Positions 20,320-29,047 of a stretch of DNA of 62,483 nucleotides are shown here, one piece after another. The number at the start of each line of letters is the position of its first letter. Position 1 is the stretch's first letter. The notes under the pieces were generated by a model that did no database searches, was not told the origin of the DNA, and saw only the letters and a list, made by a program, of their open reading frames with translations. Made by a program: the position numbers and the translations under genes. This stretch comes from a virus. Taxonomy: Duplodnaviria; Caudoviricetes. The DNA lies in the IMG/VR virus record IMGVR_UViG_3300032247_001517, positions 1 to 62,483 of that record, one strand, 5' to 3'.

Positions 20320-20549
20320 TGAAACCAAAGAGTGCAAATGGTGTAACTGGATGCCTGTTACCAATCGATAAAGTCTGGGTGTTCAGGGTTTACGATGACG
20401 ACGGTTCGTACACAGACTATGACATCTTCCACAGCGATCTCTCTGTAACTATCACAGATGAGGATGCATACTTCTATGAACGCAGGGGCGGTGAACCCTA
20501 TCTGGATCATTCACCGGCAACACTAGGCAAGGAAACTAACAATGACTGA
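20319..20549 (+). CDS. Hypothetical protein
   Basis: TGATG overlap suggests start MKPKSANG. Confidence 0.65.
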   Translation: MKPKSANGVTGCLLPIDKVWVFRVYDDDGSYTDYDIFHSDLSVTITDEDAYFYERRGGEPYLDHSPATLGKETNND

Positions 20550-20736
20550 TACCAAACGTACCATGATAGTCGACGTACAAGAAGATGAAAACGGTGACCT
20601 ATTCCTGCAGTTCCCAGATAACCTCATGGCTCAACTGGGTTGGGCAGAAGGCGATACCATCAACTGGGACATAGATGAAACCACTGGCCACATCACAGTG
20701 CGCAAAGTAGAAGCAGAAGGTCCACAGGGTCCTTGA
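20542..20736 (+). CDS. AbrB/MazE-like small DNA-binding domain protein
   Basis: GDLFLQFPDNLMAQLGWAEGDTINW swapped-hairpin pattern. Confidence 0.65.
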   Translation: MTDTKRTMIVDVQEDENGDLFLQFPDNLMAQLGWAEGDTINWDIDETTGHITVRKVEAEGPQGP

Positions 20737-20954
20737 TGCCACTGATATTTGAGAGTCCTGACCAAGGCAAGACAGTTTACGCCAGGGAATTTGGTCATAT
20801 GGATCGCAATCTCATCAAGGGTAATCCCACAGATCCCTATGAGCATATCTATCTGTGGCATGACATAGTCCATGCAGCCCAGGACAATCCAGCCTTGCGC
20901 GAAGTGCTGGATCAAGCTATAATGATCTACAAGCTGAGCAAGGAGCAACCATGA
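20733..20954 (+). CDS. Hypothetical protein
   Basis: IFESPDQGKTVYAR motif; coupled ORF. Confidence 0.7.
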   Translation: MMPLIFESPDQGKTVYAREFGHMDRNLIKGNPTDPYEHIYLWHDIVHAAQDNPALREVLDQAIMIYKLSKEQP

Positions 20955-21862
20955 GCACTGCCAAGAAGTACCGTTACAGCGAGATATTCGGTGGTAATGA
21001 CGGTCCAACTCCGACCATACAGGGCGAAGGTCGCTATGGCGGACATCCAACTGTGTGGATCAGATTCTGGGGCTGCAATCTAACATGTGGTGGCTTTGGA
21101 CAGGCCAATCCCCGAGATCCCAGCACATATCAGTTGGATTATCTGGACTATGATCCCATCGCAGCAAATATCCAATCCATGGACCAGTTACCCGTGTGGA
21201 AGACAGGCTGCGACAGCAGCTACAGCTGGAGCACCAAGTATGGTCATCTAGCACACCAGAGCACTGCTGAAGATATCTGCGCAGACTTCCGCAGCAGATT
21301 GCAGGGTGGATCATTCACACATCCTCGCAGCGGACAGGATGTGCATCTGGCATTCACCGGCGGAGAGCCCATGATGAGCCAGACTGGTATCGTGGACATC
21401 ATGAGCACTCTGCGCATGCAGAATGACAGCCCACGTCACATCACCATAGAGACCAACGGTACTCAAGCAGTGCGCAAGTCTTTCTCAGATTTCTTCACCA
21501 ACCAGGGCATGTATGCCGGTGAACTTTTCTGGAGCGTGAGTCCCAAGCTAGGCACCAGTGGCGAGAAGTGGGACGATGCTATCAAAACAGAGATCGTGCG
21601 AGACTATCGACTGATCAGCAATGTGGGACAGCTGAAGTTTGTGTTAGATCGCAATCCTCTGACCTGGGATGAGCTGGAGCGTGCAGTTGATGCATTCCGT
21701 GCAGTCGACGTGAACTGGCCAGTGTGGATCATGCCAGTGGGTGCCACTCGAGAAGAACAAGAAGACGTGCAGATGTGGGTCACAGAGGAAGCGCTCAAGC
21801 GCGGTTACAACGTGGCAGCTCGCATACACTGCTGGATCTTCAGCAACGTGATAGGACGATAA
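20951..21862 (+). CDS. queE: 7-carboxy-7-deazaguanine synthase (radical SAM)
   Basis: TIQGEG, WIRFWGCNLTC, GCDS, FTGGEPM, IETNGT, SVSPKL motifs. Confidence 0.92.
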   Translation: MSTAKKYRYSEIFGGNDGPTPTIQGEGRYGGHPTVWIRFWGCNLTCGGFGQANPRDPSTYQLDYLDYDPIAANIQSMDQLPVWKTGCDSSYSWSTKYGHLAHQSTAEDICADFRSRLQGGSFTHPRSGQDVHLAFTGGEPMMSQTGIVDIMSTLRMQNDSPRHITIETNGTQAVRKSFSDFFTNQGMYAGELFWSVSPKLGTSGEKWDDAIKTEIVRDYRLISNVGQLKFVLDRNPLTWDELERAVDAFRAVDVNWPVWIMPVGATREEQEDVQMWVTEEALKRGYNVAARIHCWIFSNVIGR

Positions 21863-21863
21863 C

Positions 21864-22460
21864 ATGAGCAAGATACCGTTTGGTTGGTTACCCGCTGCCT
21901 GGGGACTCAAAGGCAAGAGCCGAGAACTAGCAGAAGCAGAATACTACCTCACTGGCTATGACCTGGACATTGCCAAGGCACGCATCGAACATGGACTGGA
22001 AAGCACGGCGTTTACCAGAAGCGTGTTGGATATTGATCTAGCATACGGCAAGATCAGCGCCTATGATCACGATACAAGGTTGGCAGAGATTGATAACAGT
22101 GATGAGACGGCATTGGCAATGGCCAAGCTGGACGTGGATCTCAAGCATAACCGTATCAGCGCACAAGAACACGAGCGCAAGCGTGCAGATATATTGAACG
22201 AACCATTCATGGCTATGCCAAAGATCAGCTGGGATCCAGTTGATCCCAGCAAGACTTTCTTTGAACTAGATTATAATCAAGCATTCGTAGAATGGCTTAG
22301 GTCAAATGGCTACAATAATGTTTCAGATGAAGAAGCTATAAATCGTTGGTTGAACGATGTGTGCAACAGCATACTCAGTGAGATGGCTCCAACAGATCCA
22401 GAATTCGTTAGCAATGTGCGCAGAATTAGGCGCGATGATGGGATAACCGAACACAGCTAA
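21864..22460 (+). CDS. Hypothetical phage protein
   Basis: 198 aa ORF in operon; FFELDYN motif. Confidence 0.75.
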   Translation: MSKIPFGWLPAAWGLKGKSRELAEAEYYLTGYDLDIAKARIEHGLESTAFTRSVLDIDLAYGKISAYDHDTRLAEIDNSDETALAMAKLDVDLKHNRISAQEHERKRADILNEPFMAMPKISWDPVDPSKTFFELDYNQAFVEWLRSNGYNNVSDEEAINRWLNDVCNSILSEMAPTDPEFVSNVRRIRRDDGITEHS

Positions 22461-22486
22461 CCACAGATATCAGCTATAAATATCAT

Positions 22487-23068
22487 GTGACACAAACGCT
22501 CGCAACACTATTGGATAGCCCAGAATGGCCTGTGATCTATAAACAGCAGGCTAGCCGAGGTCTGTTAGATGAACTGCGATCTCTGCCCTATCCTGCTATA
22601 GGACTAGAGATAGGTGTGGGATTGGGCATAAACAGCTATTTCATGCTCGCTGAATGCTCAAACATAGCAGTGATAACCGGTATCGACCATTATGCCCCCT
22701 ATGTAGACTGGGACCGTCCTGTAAGCAAGAACGAGCAGGAAGCCAGCTTCATGATACTGCAGGCTAACATGCCTCTGATGGGCGATAGGTTTAATCTCAT
22801 ACGCGAAGACAGCCAAACTGCAGCACAACATCTCGAAGATGAAGCCTATGATTTCGTTTTCATAGACGGTGGACACAGCATGAAACAGGTACTTGCTGAT
22901 CTAGACAGCTATGTGCCCAAGATACGCCCAGGTGGCATAGTAGCGGGGCACGATGCCAACTTGTTTTCCGTGAATTTTGCTGTAACCAGCTGGACCAAAG
23001 CCAATGGTATTCCCAGCAAGCAGCTGCGCATGGTAGCCAACGACGGTTGGTACTGGCGTAAATCTTAG
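22487..23068 (+). CDS. Class I SAM-dependent methyltransferase (Methyltransf_24-like)
   Basis: LEIGVGLG, DFVFIDGGH, PGGIVAGHD motifs. Confidence 0.88.
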   Translation: MTQTLATLLDSPEWPVIYKQQASRGLLDELRSLPYPAIGLEIGVGLGINSYFMLAECSNIAVITGIDHYAPYVDWDRPVSKNEQEASFMILQANMPLMGDRFNLIREDSQTAAQHLEDEAYDFVFIDGGHSMKQVLADLDSYVPKIRPGGIVAGHDANLFSVNFAVTSWTKANGIPSKQLRMVANDGWYWRKS

Positions 23069-23071
23069 CAG

Positions 23072-23099
23072 TTGACAGCGATAGCAGCTGTGCTATACT
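23072..23099 (+). promoter_or_regulatory. sigma70-type early promoter
   Basis: TTGACA-N16-TATACT with TGC extension. Confidence 0.7.
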
Positions 23100-23115
23100 C
23101 AAAATGGAGGCGAGC

Positions 23116-24105
23116 ATGGCAACTTATCTGATCATAGACACACAGAACCTATTCATGAGAGTGCGCCATGGTATCAAGGCGCCCAATACTGAGCTACAGC
23201 TGGGCATGGCTCTGCACATAATATTCAACAGCATCAAGAAGGTATGGACGGATTTTGGTGGAAGCCATACGGTGTTTTGCTTGGAAGGTCGCAGCTGGCG
23301 CAAGGATGTTTACACACCATACAAGGCCAATCGCAAGGTAGCAGCAGCTCAGCGCAGCGAGCGCGAAGTCGAAGAGGATGCCGTGTTCTTTGAAAGCATG
23401 GACGGTTTTGTAGACTTCGTAAAGACCAAGACCAATTGCACAGTGCTGCGCCATCCAAATGCGGAAGCAGATGACATGATCGCACGCTGGATCCAACTGC
23501 ATCCAGATGACAAGCATGTGATCATATCAAGCGACAGCGATTTCCAACAGCTCATAGCTGAAAATGTCATACTCTACAATGGTATAGCCAGCTTGCTGTA
23601 TACCAACAAAGGCATCTATGACAAGGATGGCAATCTAGCCATAAACAAGCAGGGCAAACAGCTGCCGATTCCAAATCCAGAATGGATACTGTTTGAAAAA
23701 TGCATACGCGGCGACGACAGCGACAACGTGATGAGCGCGTTTCCTGGCGTGCGCAAGACCAAGCTAGAAGCTGCATTCGAAGATCGTCATAACCGTGGAT
23801 ATGCGTGGAATAATCTCATGCTTAGCAAGTGGTTAGATCACGAGAACATAGAACACAGAGTGCGGGACGATTACGAGAGAAATCGCATGTTGATCGACCT
23901 CACGCAGCAGCCGCCAGACCTCATAGACAAGTTTGATAGAACCATCATCGAAGAAGTTAACCAAGCAGCCAAGAAGCAGGTTGGGCTGGCACTGATGCGG
24001 TTCTGTAACATCAACGGATTGGTACGCATTGAAAAGAATGTCAATGACTTTAGTCCCACGCTGAGCGCATTATATGAGGGACAGCTAAAGATGGAGACAG
24101 CATGA
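23116..24105 (+). CDS. T4 RNase H-like 5'-3' exonuclease / flap endonuclease
   Basis: LIID, SWRK...YKANR, EADDMIA, SSDSDF, GDDSDNV motifs; GGAGG RBS. Confidence 0.9.
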   Translation: MATYLIIDTQNLFMRVRHGIKAPNTELQLGMALHIIFNSIKKVWTDFGGSHTVFCLEGRSWRKDVYTPYKANRKVAAAQRSEREVEEDAVFFESMDGFVDFVKTKTNCTVLRHPNAEADDMIARWIQLHPDDKHVIISSDSDFQQLIAENVILYNGIASLLYTNKGIYDKDGNLAINKQGKQLPIPNPEWILFEKCIRGDDSDNVMSAFPGVRKTKLEAAFEDRHNRGYAWNNLMLSKWLDHENIEHRVRDDYERNRMLIDLTQQPPDLIDKFDRTIIEEVNQAAKKQVGLALMRFCNINGLVRIEKNVNDFSPTLSALYEGQLKMETA

Positions 24106-24581
24106 GCACCTACAAGCTCAAGGAACTGACCGAGACCAGCTATATCCTCGACAAGGATGGCAGCTATACCGGATTGGTCACGATAACCACAGAAGGATTC
24201 AAGGTCATAGGGCCTTTTGATCGCAAGGTGTTTAGTGACGCCGCCGAATTAACTAGCTATCTAGGCGGAGACCTCAGTATTGAACCACGCGAATCTGAGG
24301 ATGACAAGGAAGACGAGATCGGACAGATAAATGGCTATCCAATCAAGCACAAGGCCGTGTTTGATGTGGAAGAAGGCGACATAGTAACCTACAGCAAGAC
24401 CAGCAAAGGCAAGGCCAGATTCGCAGCCGGATACTATGCCTTAGACTTTGAACACGGCTGGACAGGCAGCTATTGCCCGCGCACGCAAACGCTGGACGAA
24501 AACCAGTTCATAGGCCCGTTCCGCACCAAGCTGGAGATGCAGAATGCCATGGCCCAGAAGAAGAGGGTAAGCAAGATATGA
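24102..24581 (+). CDS. Hypothetical phage protein
   Basis: Coupled ORF; AAGYY...YCPR...GPFRTK. Confidence 0.75.
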   Translation: MSTYKLKELTETSYILDKDGSYTGLVTITTEGFKVIGPFDRKVFSDAAELTSYLGGDLSIEPRESEDDKEDEIGQINGYPIKHKAVFDVEEGDIVTYSKTSKGKARFAAGYYALDFEHGWTGSYCPRTQTLDENQFIGPFRTKLEMQNAMAQKKRVSKI

Positions 24582-24799
24582 GCGACGAAGCTAATCAAGT
24601 TCGCAGCTTCCTAGAAAAACACAGGACAGCCAAGTTAGCCAACAGCCGTGAGATACGTCTCACCATGCAGGATGCTGATATCCTAGCAGCCAGCATTGCT
24701 GTCATGCTGGCTCGCGAAACTGAGCTGTCTGCCAAGATTATAGATCTACAAGCTCAGATTCTGAGCGCAGAGATCAAGCAAGACGGCGGTCGCTTCTAA
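24578..24799 (+). CDS. Hypothetical protein
   Basis: ATGA overlap; ends DGGRF. Confidence 0.7.
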   Translation: MSDEANQVRSFLEKHRTAKLANSREIRLTMQDADILAASIAVMLARETELSAKIIDLQAQILSAEIKQDGGRF

Positions 24800-24816
24800 C
24801 CACCATTAAATATGGT

Positions 24817-25233
24817 GTGACAAAATCAGATTGGCCTCATCAAGATCTCTGGGATCACGGACCCTATGGTCCTCTCAAATGGATACAAGAACAGGGCATG
24901 GCCAGCGCCATAGTTGCCAATCTCTTGGATGAGCAAGGTCCTGTAACCGAAGAACAGATCTTAGCCACTCGCAAGACCATATTCGTTAACCAAGGATGGC
25001 GATTGACACCTACAGGCACCAAGCTGTTTATGGACTGTTACAATCACTATAAAGCGCTCAGTGATGCGAACGAGATCATGACAGGACGGGTGCTGATAGG
25101 CATGGATAAAGCAGTGCGAGGACCCTGGGCCTATCGAGGCAAGACCATCATAACCTTTGATGCCCAGACACACTTTGAGCTGCAGATGGTTGGCGGTAGC
25201 GCCAGAGCATTCGTGGAATTCAAAAACGCTTGA
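24817..25233 (+). CDS. Hypothetical protein
   Basis: 138 aa ORF after a TAAATA motif. Confidence 0.7.
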   Translation: MTKSDWPHQDLWDHGPYGPLKWIQEQGMASAIVANLLDEQGPVTEEQILATRKTIFVNQGWRLTPTGTKLFMDCYNHYKALSDANEIMTGRVLIGMDKAVRGPWAYRGKTIITFDAQTHFELQMVGGSARAFVEFKNA

Positions 25234-25257
25234 CAACTTACATTCTTGTGCTAGTAT
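25230..25257 (+). promoter_or_regulatory. sigma70-type early promoter
   Basis: TTGACA-N16-TAGTAT with TGC extension. Confidence 0.6.
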
Positions 25258-25455
25258 GTGGGTATGAAATGGAAACACGCACACAGCCCTGAACTGCCCA
25301 GTGATGAACCCTGCTACGAGGTCAATCTAGATCTGTGGGCAGCGTTCAAAACCAGCTTCAACACACGGTTTGGATTTGGCCCAGCTGAGAAACCAATCTA
25401 CACAGAAGCATTCTGCGCACAATGGATGGATCATGAGGTTCCAGTTGAGCAGTGA
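25258..25455 (+). CDS. Small hypothetical protein
   Basis: ORF directly behind a promoter; start uncertain (25258 or 25264). Confidence 0.5.
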   Translation: MGMKWKHAHSPELPSDEPCYEVNLDLWAAFKTSFNTRFGFGPAEKPIYTEAFCAQWMDHEVPVEQ

Positions 25456-25780
25456 TCGCGACTGGGGTTGGGCAGCTCATCTGTATAGGACTACCATAGA
25501 TGTTGCTCAATCCGATGAGCGCTATGGCGATGTGCTGGGGCGCGTTATATCGCAACGCGATCTCAGCGAGATAACAGCAGATGACATTGCTACAGGCTGC
25601 GCAGTCCGCGAATATTGGGCTGCTAAATTGGATGAGATACTAGCAGAAACTGCGGACAGATACACCAGAGAATGCTGGGCAATGGCCGCAGGAAAACGTG
25701 CTTTCGTGCCTATTTTTGCTGTCAGCATGACGCTTAGCTACTTGAAAAACAAGGCAAAAATACCGGTTGACAGCCTATAG
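25445..25780 (+). CDS. Hypothetical protein
   Basis: TTG start with GAGGT RBS within the 25370 ORF. Confidence 0.45.
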   Translation: MSSDRDWGWAAHLYRTTIDVAQSDERYGDVLGRVISQRDLSEITADDIATGCAVREYWAAKLDEILAETADRYTRECWAMAAGKRAFVPIFAVSMTLSYLKNKAKIPVDSL

Positions 25781-25794
25781 ATTCATGCTATTGT
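25767..25794 (+). promoter_or_regulatory. sigma70-type early promoter
   Basis: TTGACA-N16-TATTGT with TGC extension. Confidence 0.65.
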
Positions 25795-25818
25795 GTGTAA
25801 ACAACAGGGAGTATACCT

Positions 25819-26094
25819 ATGCTGTACACCATGGAAATCTACAAAACGGACCGACGCTCCAAAGCAGGTGAGCGACTCTGCGGCAAGTACGAATACGATC
25901 GCCCAGATATGGATGCCATGCAGCGCGAGGTTCGTGAACTGAATTCGTTATATCCTACCACACAGGGCTATCGGTTTGAGATCCGCGAGACCTTGGTTAC
26001 TCGCAGGAATCTGCTCACTGGACAAGAGTTCCAAGAGCGGTACGACCGCCCATATCACTGCAGTCCTGCTAGCGAAAGCTACTGGAGCGCGTGA
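25819..26094 (+). CDS. Hypothetical phage early protein
   Basis: GGGAG RBS; C-terminal RNLLTG..F.E..D.PYHCSPASESYWS motif. Confidence 0.8.
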   Translation: MLYTMEIYKTDRRSKAGERLCGKYEYDRPDMDAMQREVRELNSLYPTTQGYRFEIRETLVTRRNLLTGQEFQERYDRPYHCSPASESYWSA

Positions 26095-26103
26095 TTTTTC
26101 CTA

Positions 26104-26131
26104 TTGACACATCCTCGAATCGTGCTATTGT
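26104..26131 (+). promoter_or_regulatory. sigma70-type early promoter
   Basis: TTGACA-N16-TATTGT with TGC extension. Confidence 0.65.
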
Positions 26132-26157
26132 AGCACATCAAACAACGGAGCAAGCAT

Positions 26158-27345
26158 ATGGCTACAGCAACTAAGAATCGTGTTCTTGAGAACACTGGCA
26201 TTTCCCCGTCGCGCTTGAAGATGGCGCTGACCCACAGCATCAACCGCAAGCGCCCTGTGTTCGTTTGGGGTCCCCCAGGCATTGGCAAGTCTGACATCGT
26301 TGCTGAGGTAGCACGCGAGCAGAATCGTCCACTGATTGACATCCGACTGCCTCTGATGGAACCCACAGACGTTCGTGGTATCCCTTACCTCGCAGAGGTC
26401 AAGGTCTATGACGCACAGGGCAACTTGGTGCGTGATGAACAGAATGTGCCACTCACTGAGAAGGTGTTCAAGTGGTCCAATCCCAGCGATTTGCCCACAG
26501 ATCCCAACAGCCGTGCATTGGTGTTCTTTGACGAGATGAGCGCAGCACCTCCCAGCGTGCAGGCAGCTACCTACCAGGTTATCCTCAATCGCAAGATTGG
26601 TACCTATGAACTGCCAGCAGACGTGGTGATCGTTGCTGCAGGTAACCGTGTGAAAGACAAGGGCGTGGCATACAACATGCCCATGCCGCTGGCCAACCGC
26701 TTCTCACACGTTACCCTTGACGTGAGCATCGATGACTGGAAAGAATGGGCACTGCTGAACCGCGTGCACAAGGACGTGGTTGGTTACCTCAGCTTCCAGC
26801 CCAACGACTTGATGAACTTCCAGCCCAGCACGGACAGCTATGCGTTTGCCACGCCTCGTTCGTGGTTCTTTGCATCAGAACTGCTGCAGGAGCCCAACAA
26901 GGACGGCGACATGGTAGACGTGCGCTTGCCTGACGAGGTCTTGGGCGATCTCATCAAGGGCACTGTGGGCGAAGGTCCAGGCATCAAGTTCATGACCTAT
27001 CGCAAGCAGGCAGCTAACCTACCCAACGCCAAGGACATCTTAGAAGGCAAGGTCACCAAGCTCAACACCAAGCAGATCGACGTGATGTATGCGCTGACCA
27101 CTGCGCTGTGCTACGAGCTCAACGATGCTGCCAAGAATGCCAAGACAGATGCCAAGGCAGATGATGCGTTCCAGAGCAAGGTGGATGTGTTCTTCCGCTT
27201 CATCATGGACAACTTCGAGGACGAGTTGGCTGTGATGGGTGCCAAGACCATCCTGGGTACCTACAAGCTGCCTATCAAGGCACCAAAGCTGAAGACGTGG
27301 GTGGAATTCTGTAAAAGGTATTCTGATTTGATCCCCTCTATCTAA
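26158..27345 (+). CDS. MoxR-like AAA+ ATPase
   Basis: GPPGIGKS Walker A, FFDE Walker B, AAGN, LANRF, ATPRSW. Confidence 0.9.
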   Translation: MATATKNRVLENTGISPSRLKMALTHSINRKRPVFVWGPPGIGKSDIVAEVAREQNRPLIDIRLPLMEPTDVRGIPYLAEVKVYDAQGNLVRDEQNVPLTEKVFKWSNPSDLPTDPNSRALVFFDEMSAAPPSVQAATYQVILNRKIGTYELPADVVIVAAGNRVKDKGVAYNMPMPLANRFSHVTLDVSIDDWKEWALLNRVHKDVVGYLSFQPNDLMNFQPSTDSYAFATPRSWFFASELLQEPNKDGDMVDVRLPDEVLGDLIKGTVGEGPGIKFMTYRKQAANLPNAKDILEGKVTKLNTKQIDVMYALTTALCYELNDAAKNAKTDAKADDAFQSKVDVFFRFIMDNFEDELAVMGAKTILGTYKLPIKAPKLKTWVEFCKRYSDLIPSI

Positions 27346-27351
27346 ATAACA

Positions 27352-27398
27352 CAGGGCGTCAGCTAAGTGGTTGACGCCCTGGCAATACGTGCTATTAT
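27352..27398 (+). promoter_or_regulatory. Inverted repeat overlapping a sigma70-type promoter
   Basis: CAGGGCGTCA-N10-TGACGCCCTG; TTGACG-N16-TATTAT. Confidence 0.6.
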
Positions 27399-27418
27399 GG
27401 TTTATCGGAGGTACACAC

Positions 27419-28693
27419 ATGTCAATTCAACGAGATCCCATTGCCAAGAAGATCAGCCAAGCACGCTTAGAACTGCTGTTCAAAGCACCATTCTTTGGCA
27501 CGCTGACCATGCAGCTGCCCTTGGTAGACGCCACCGACGCAGGTTGGTGCACCACCGCAGCCGTGGACGGGCGCAACATCTATTACAATCGTGACTTCTT
27601 CAAGGACCTGGACGTAGACGAAGTCAAGTTCGTGCTGTGCCATGAGGTGCTGCATGTGGCGCTGGACCACTTTGGTCGCCGCACACACCGTGACCCCAGC
27701 TGGTGGAACATGGCCAATGACTACATCATCAATGGCATGCTCACCACAGACAAGATTGGCAAGATGCCCACAAAGAAGGTCACAGATGTGGACGAGAAGG
27801 GCGAGACCAACCAGCGTGTGGGCCTGTATGATGAGAAGTATCTGGGCTGGACCTCTGAGGCAGTGTACGACGATCTGCAGAAGCGCAAGGTCAAGAAGCA
27901 GCTGACCATGGACGTGCATCTGGAGATGGGCGGCGACAGCAATGGCAAGGACGGCAAGGGTCGCCAGGCCGTGGACAAGGATGGCAATCCAATCAAGGTC
28001 AGCAAGGAAGAGCTGGACAAGATACGCGAAGAGATGAAGAACAAGGTGCTGCAGGCAGCACAGGCTAGTGCAGGCAAGATGCCAGCTAGCTTGCAGCGTT
28101 TGGTCGACGACCTCATCGAGCCCAAGATCAACTGGCGCGATCTGTTACAGCAGAACATCCAGAGCTGCATCACCGATGACTTCACATGGATGCGTCCTAA
28201 CCGCAAGCACATGTATGGCGGTATCTTCCTTCCCACGCTGGACAAGGACGATACCATTGACATTGCTATCGCCATTGACATGAGTGGTTCCATCAGCGAC
28301 ACCATGGCCAAGGACTTCCTCAGCGAGGTCTATGGCATCATGCAGATGTACAACGACTTCACCATCAGCATCCTCTGCTTTGACACGCAGGTCTACAACT
28401 TCCAAAAGTTCACCAAGGACAGCGCAGATGACTTGCTGATCTATGAGTGCAAGGGCGGCGGTGGCACAGAGTTCATGGCATTCTGGAACTACTGGATGGA
28501 AGAGCAGATTGAACCCAAGAAGGCAGTAATCTTCACAGACGGTTATCCGTTCGGTACTTGGGGTCCAGACAGCTACTGCGACACGCTGTGGATCATCACT
28601 GAGGGTCACAAGACTCGCGTGAAGCCACCGTTCGGTCAGTATGCCTACTATGATCACGACACAGGTGTGGCTGAGATTGGGCAAGCAGCCTGA
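27419..28693 (+). CDS. Metallopeptidase-like (HExxH) + VWA domain protein, MoxR partner
   Basis: HEVLH, WNMANDY, DMSGS MIDAS, GGGTEF, FTDG; start at ATG 27419 after GGAGG. Confidence 0.88.
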   Translation: MSIQRDPIAKKISQARLELLFKAPFFGTLTMQLPLVDATDAGWCTTAAVDGRNIYYNRDFFKDLDVDEVKFVLCHEVLHVALDHFGRRTHRDPSWWNMANDYIINGMLTTDKIGKMPTKKVTDVDEKGETNQRVGLYDEKYLGWTSEAVYDDLQKRKVKKQLTMDVHLEMGGDSNGKDGKGRQAVDKDGNPIKVSKEELDKIREEMKNKVLQAAQASAGKMPASLQRLVDDLIEPKINWRDLLQQNIQSCITDDFTWMRPNRKHMYGGIFLPTLDKDDTIDIAIAIDMSGSISDTMAKDFLSEVYGIMQMYNDFTISILCFDTQVYNFQKFTKDSADDLLIYECKGGGGTEFMAFWNYWMEEQIEPKKAVIFTDGYPFGTWGPDSYCDTLWIITEGHKTRVKPPFGQYAYYDHDTGVAEIGQAA

Positions 28694-28768
28694 GCATGAT
28701 TAAGTTGGCTATTTGACTACAGATAGCTAAACTAAGCACAGACAGGTCATCAAGAAGGCGAGGCAATA

Positions 28769-29047
28769 ATGGAAGGCACACCCGGAGAATTTCGTCCACA
28801 GCTAGCACAATTATCTGCCCAGCTGTGTGCTATGGTAGCAGAGCGATTGGCCATGTGGAGCCGAGAGATGAATCCCGGTGAACGCCAGAAGGTGTTGGAC
28901 ATGATCGAAGGACAGCTACCGACCGTGGTCATCAACAGCATCGAAAAGACTGCGAGCCTACACAGCGCACAGGGTGTTGCATATCTTGAAGAGCATTTGG
29001 AGGATTGGGCCGACACATGGGCTCGGAAGTTCATAGGCAAGGATTGA
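28769..29047 (+). CDS. Hypothetical protein
   Basis: GAGG RBS, 92 aa. Confidence 0.7.
   Translation: MEGTPGEFRPQLAQLSAQLCAMVAERLAMWSREMNPGERQKVLDMIEGQLPTVVINSIEKTASLHSAQGVAYLEEHLEDWADTWARKFIGKD

Noticed and set aside
20542-20954. MazEF-type toxin-antitoxin pair
   Set aside because: AbrB-like gene present but neighbours show no recognisable toxin motifs
27371-27418. N-terminal extension of the VWA ORF in the ORF track
   Set aside because: The TTG is the -35 box; a GGAGG RBS precedes ATG 27419
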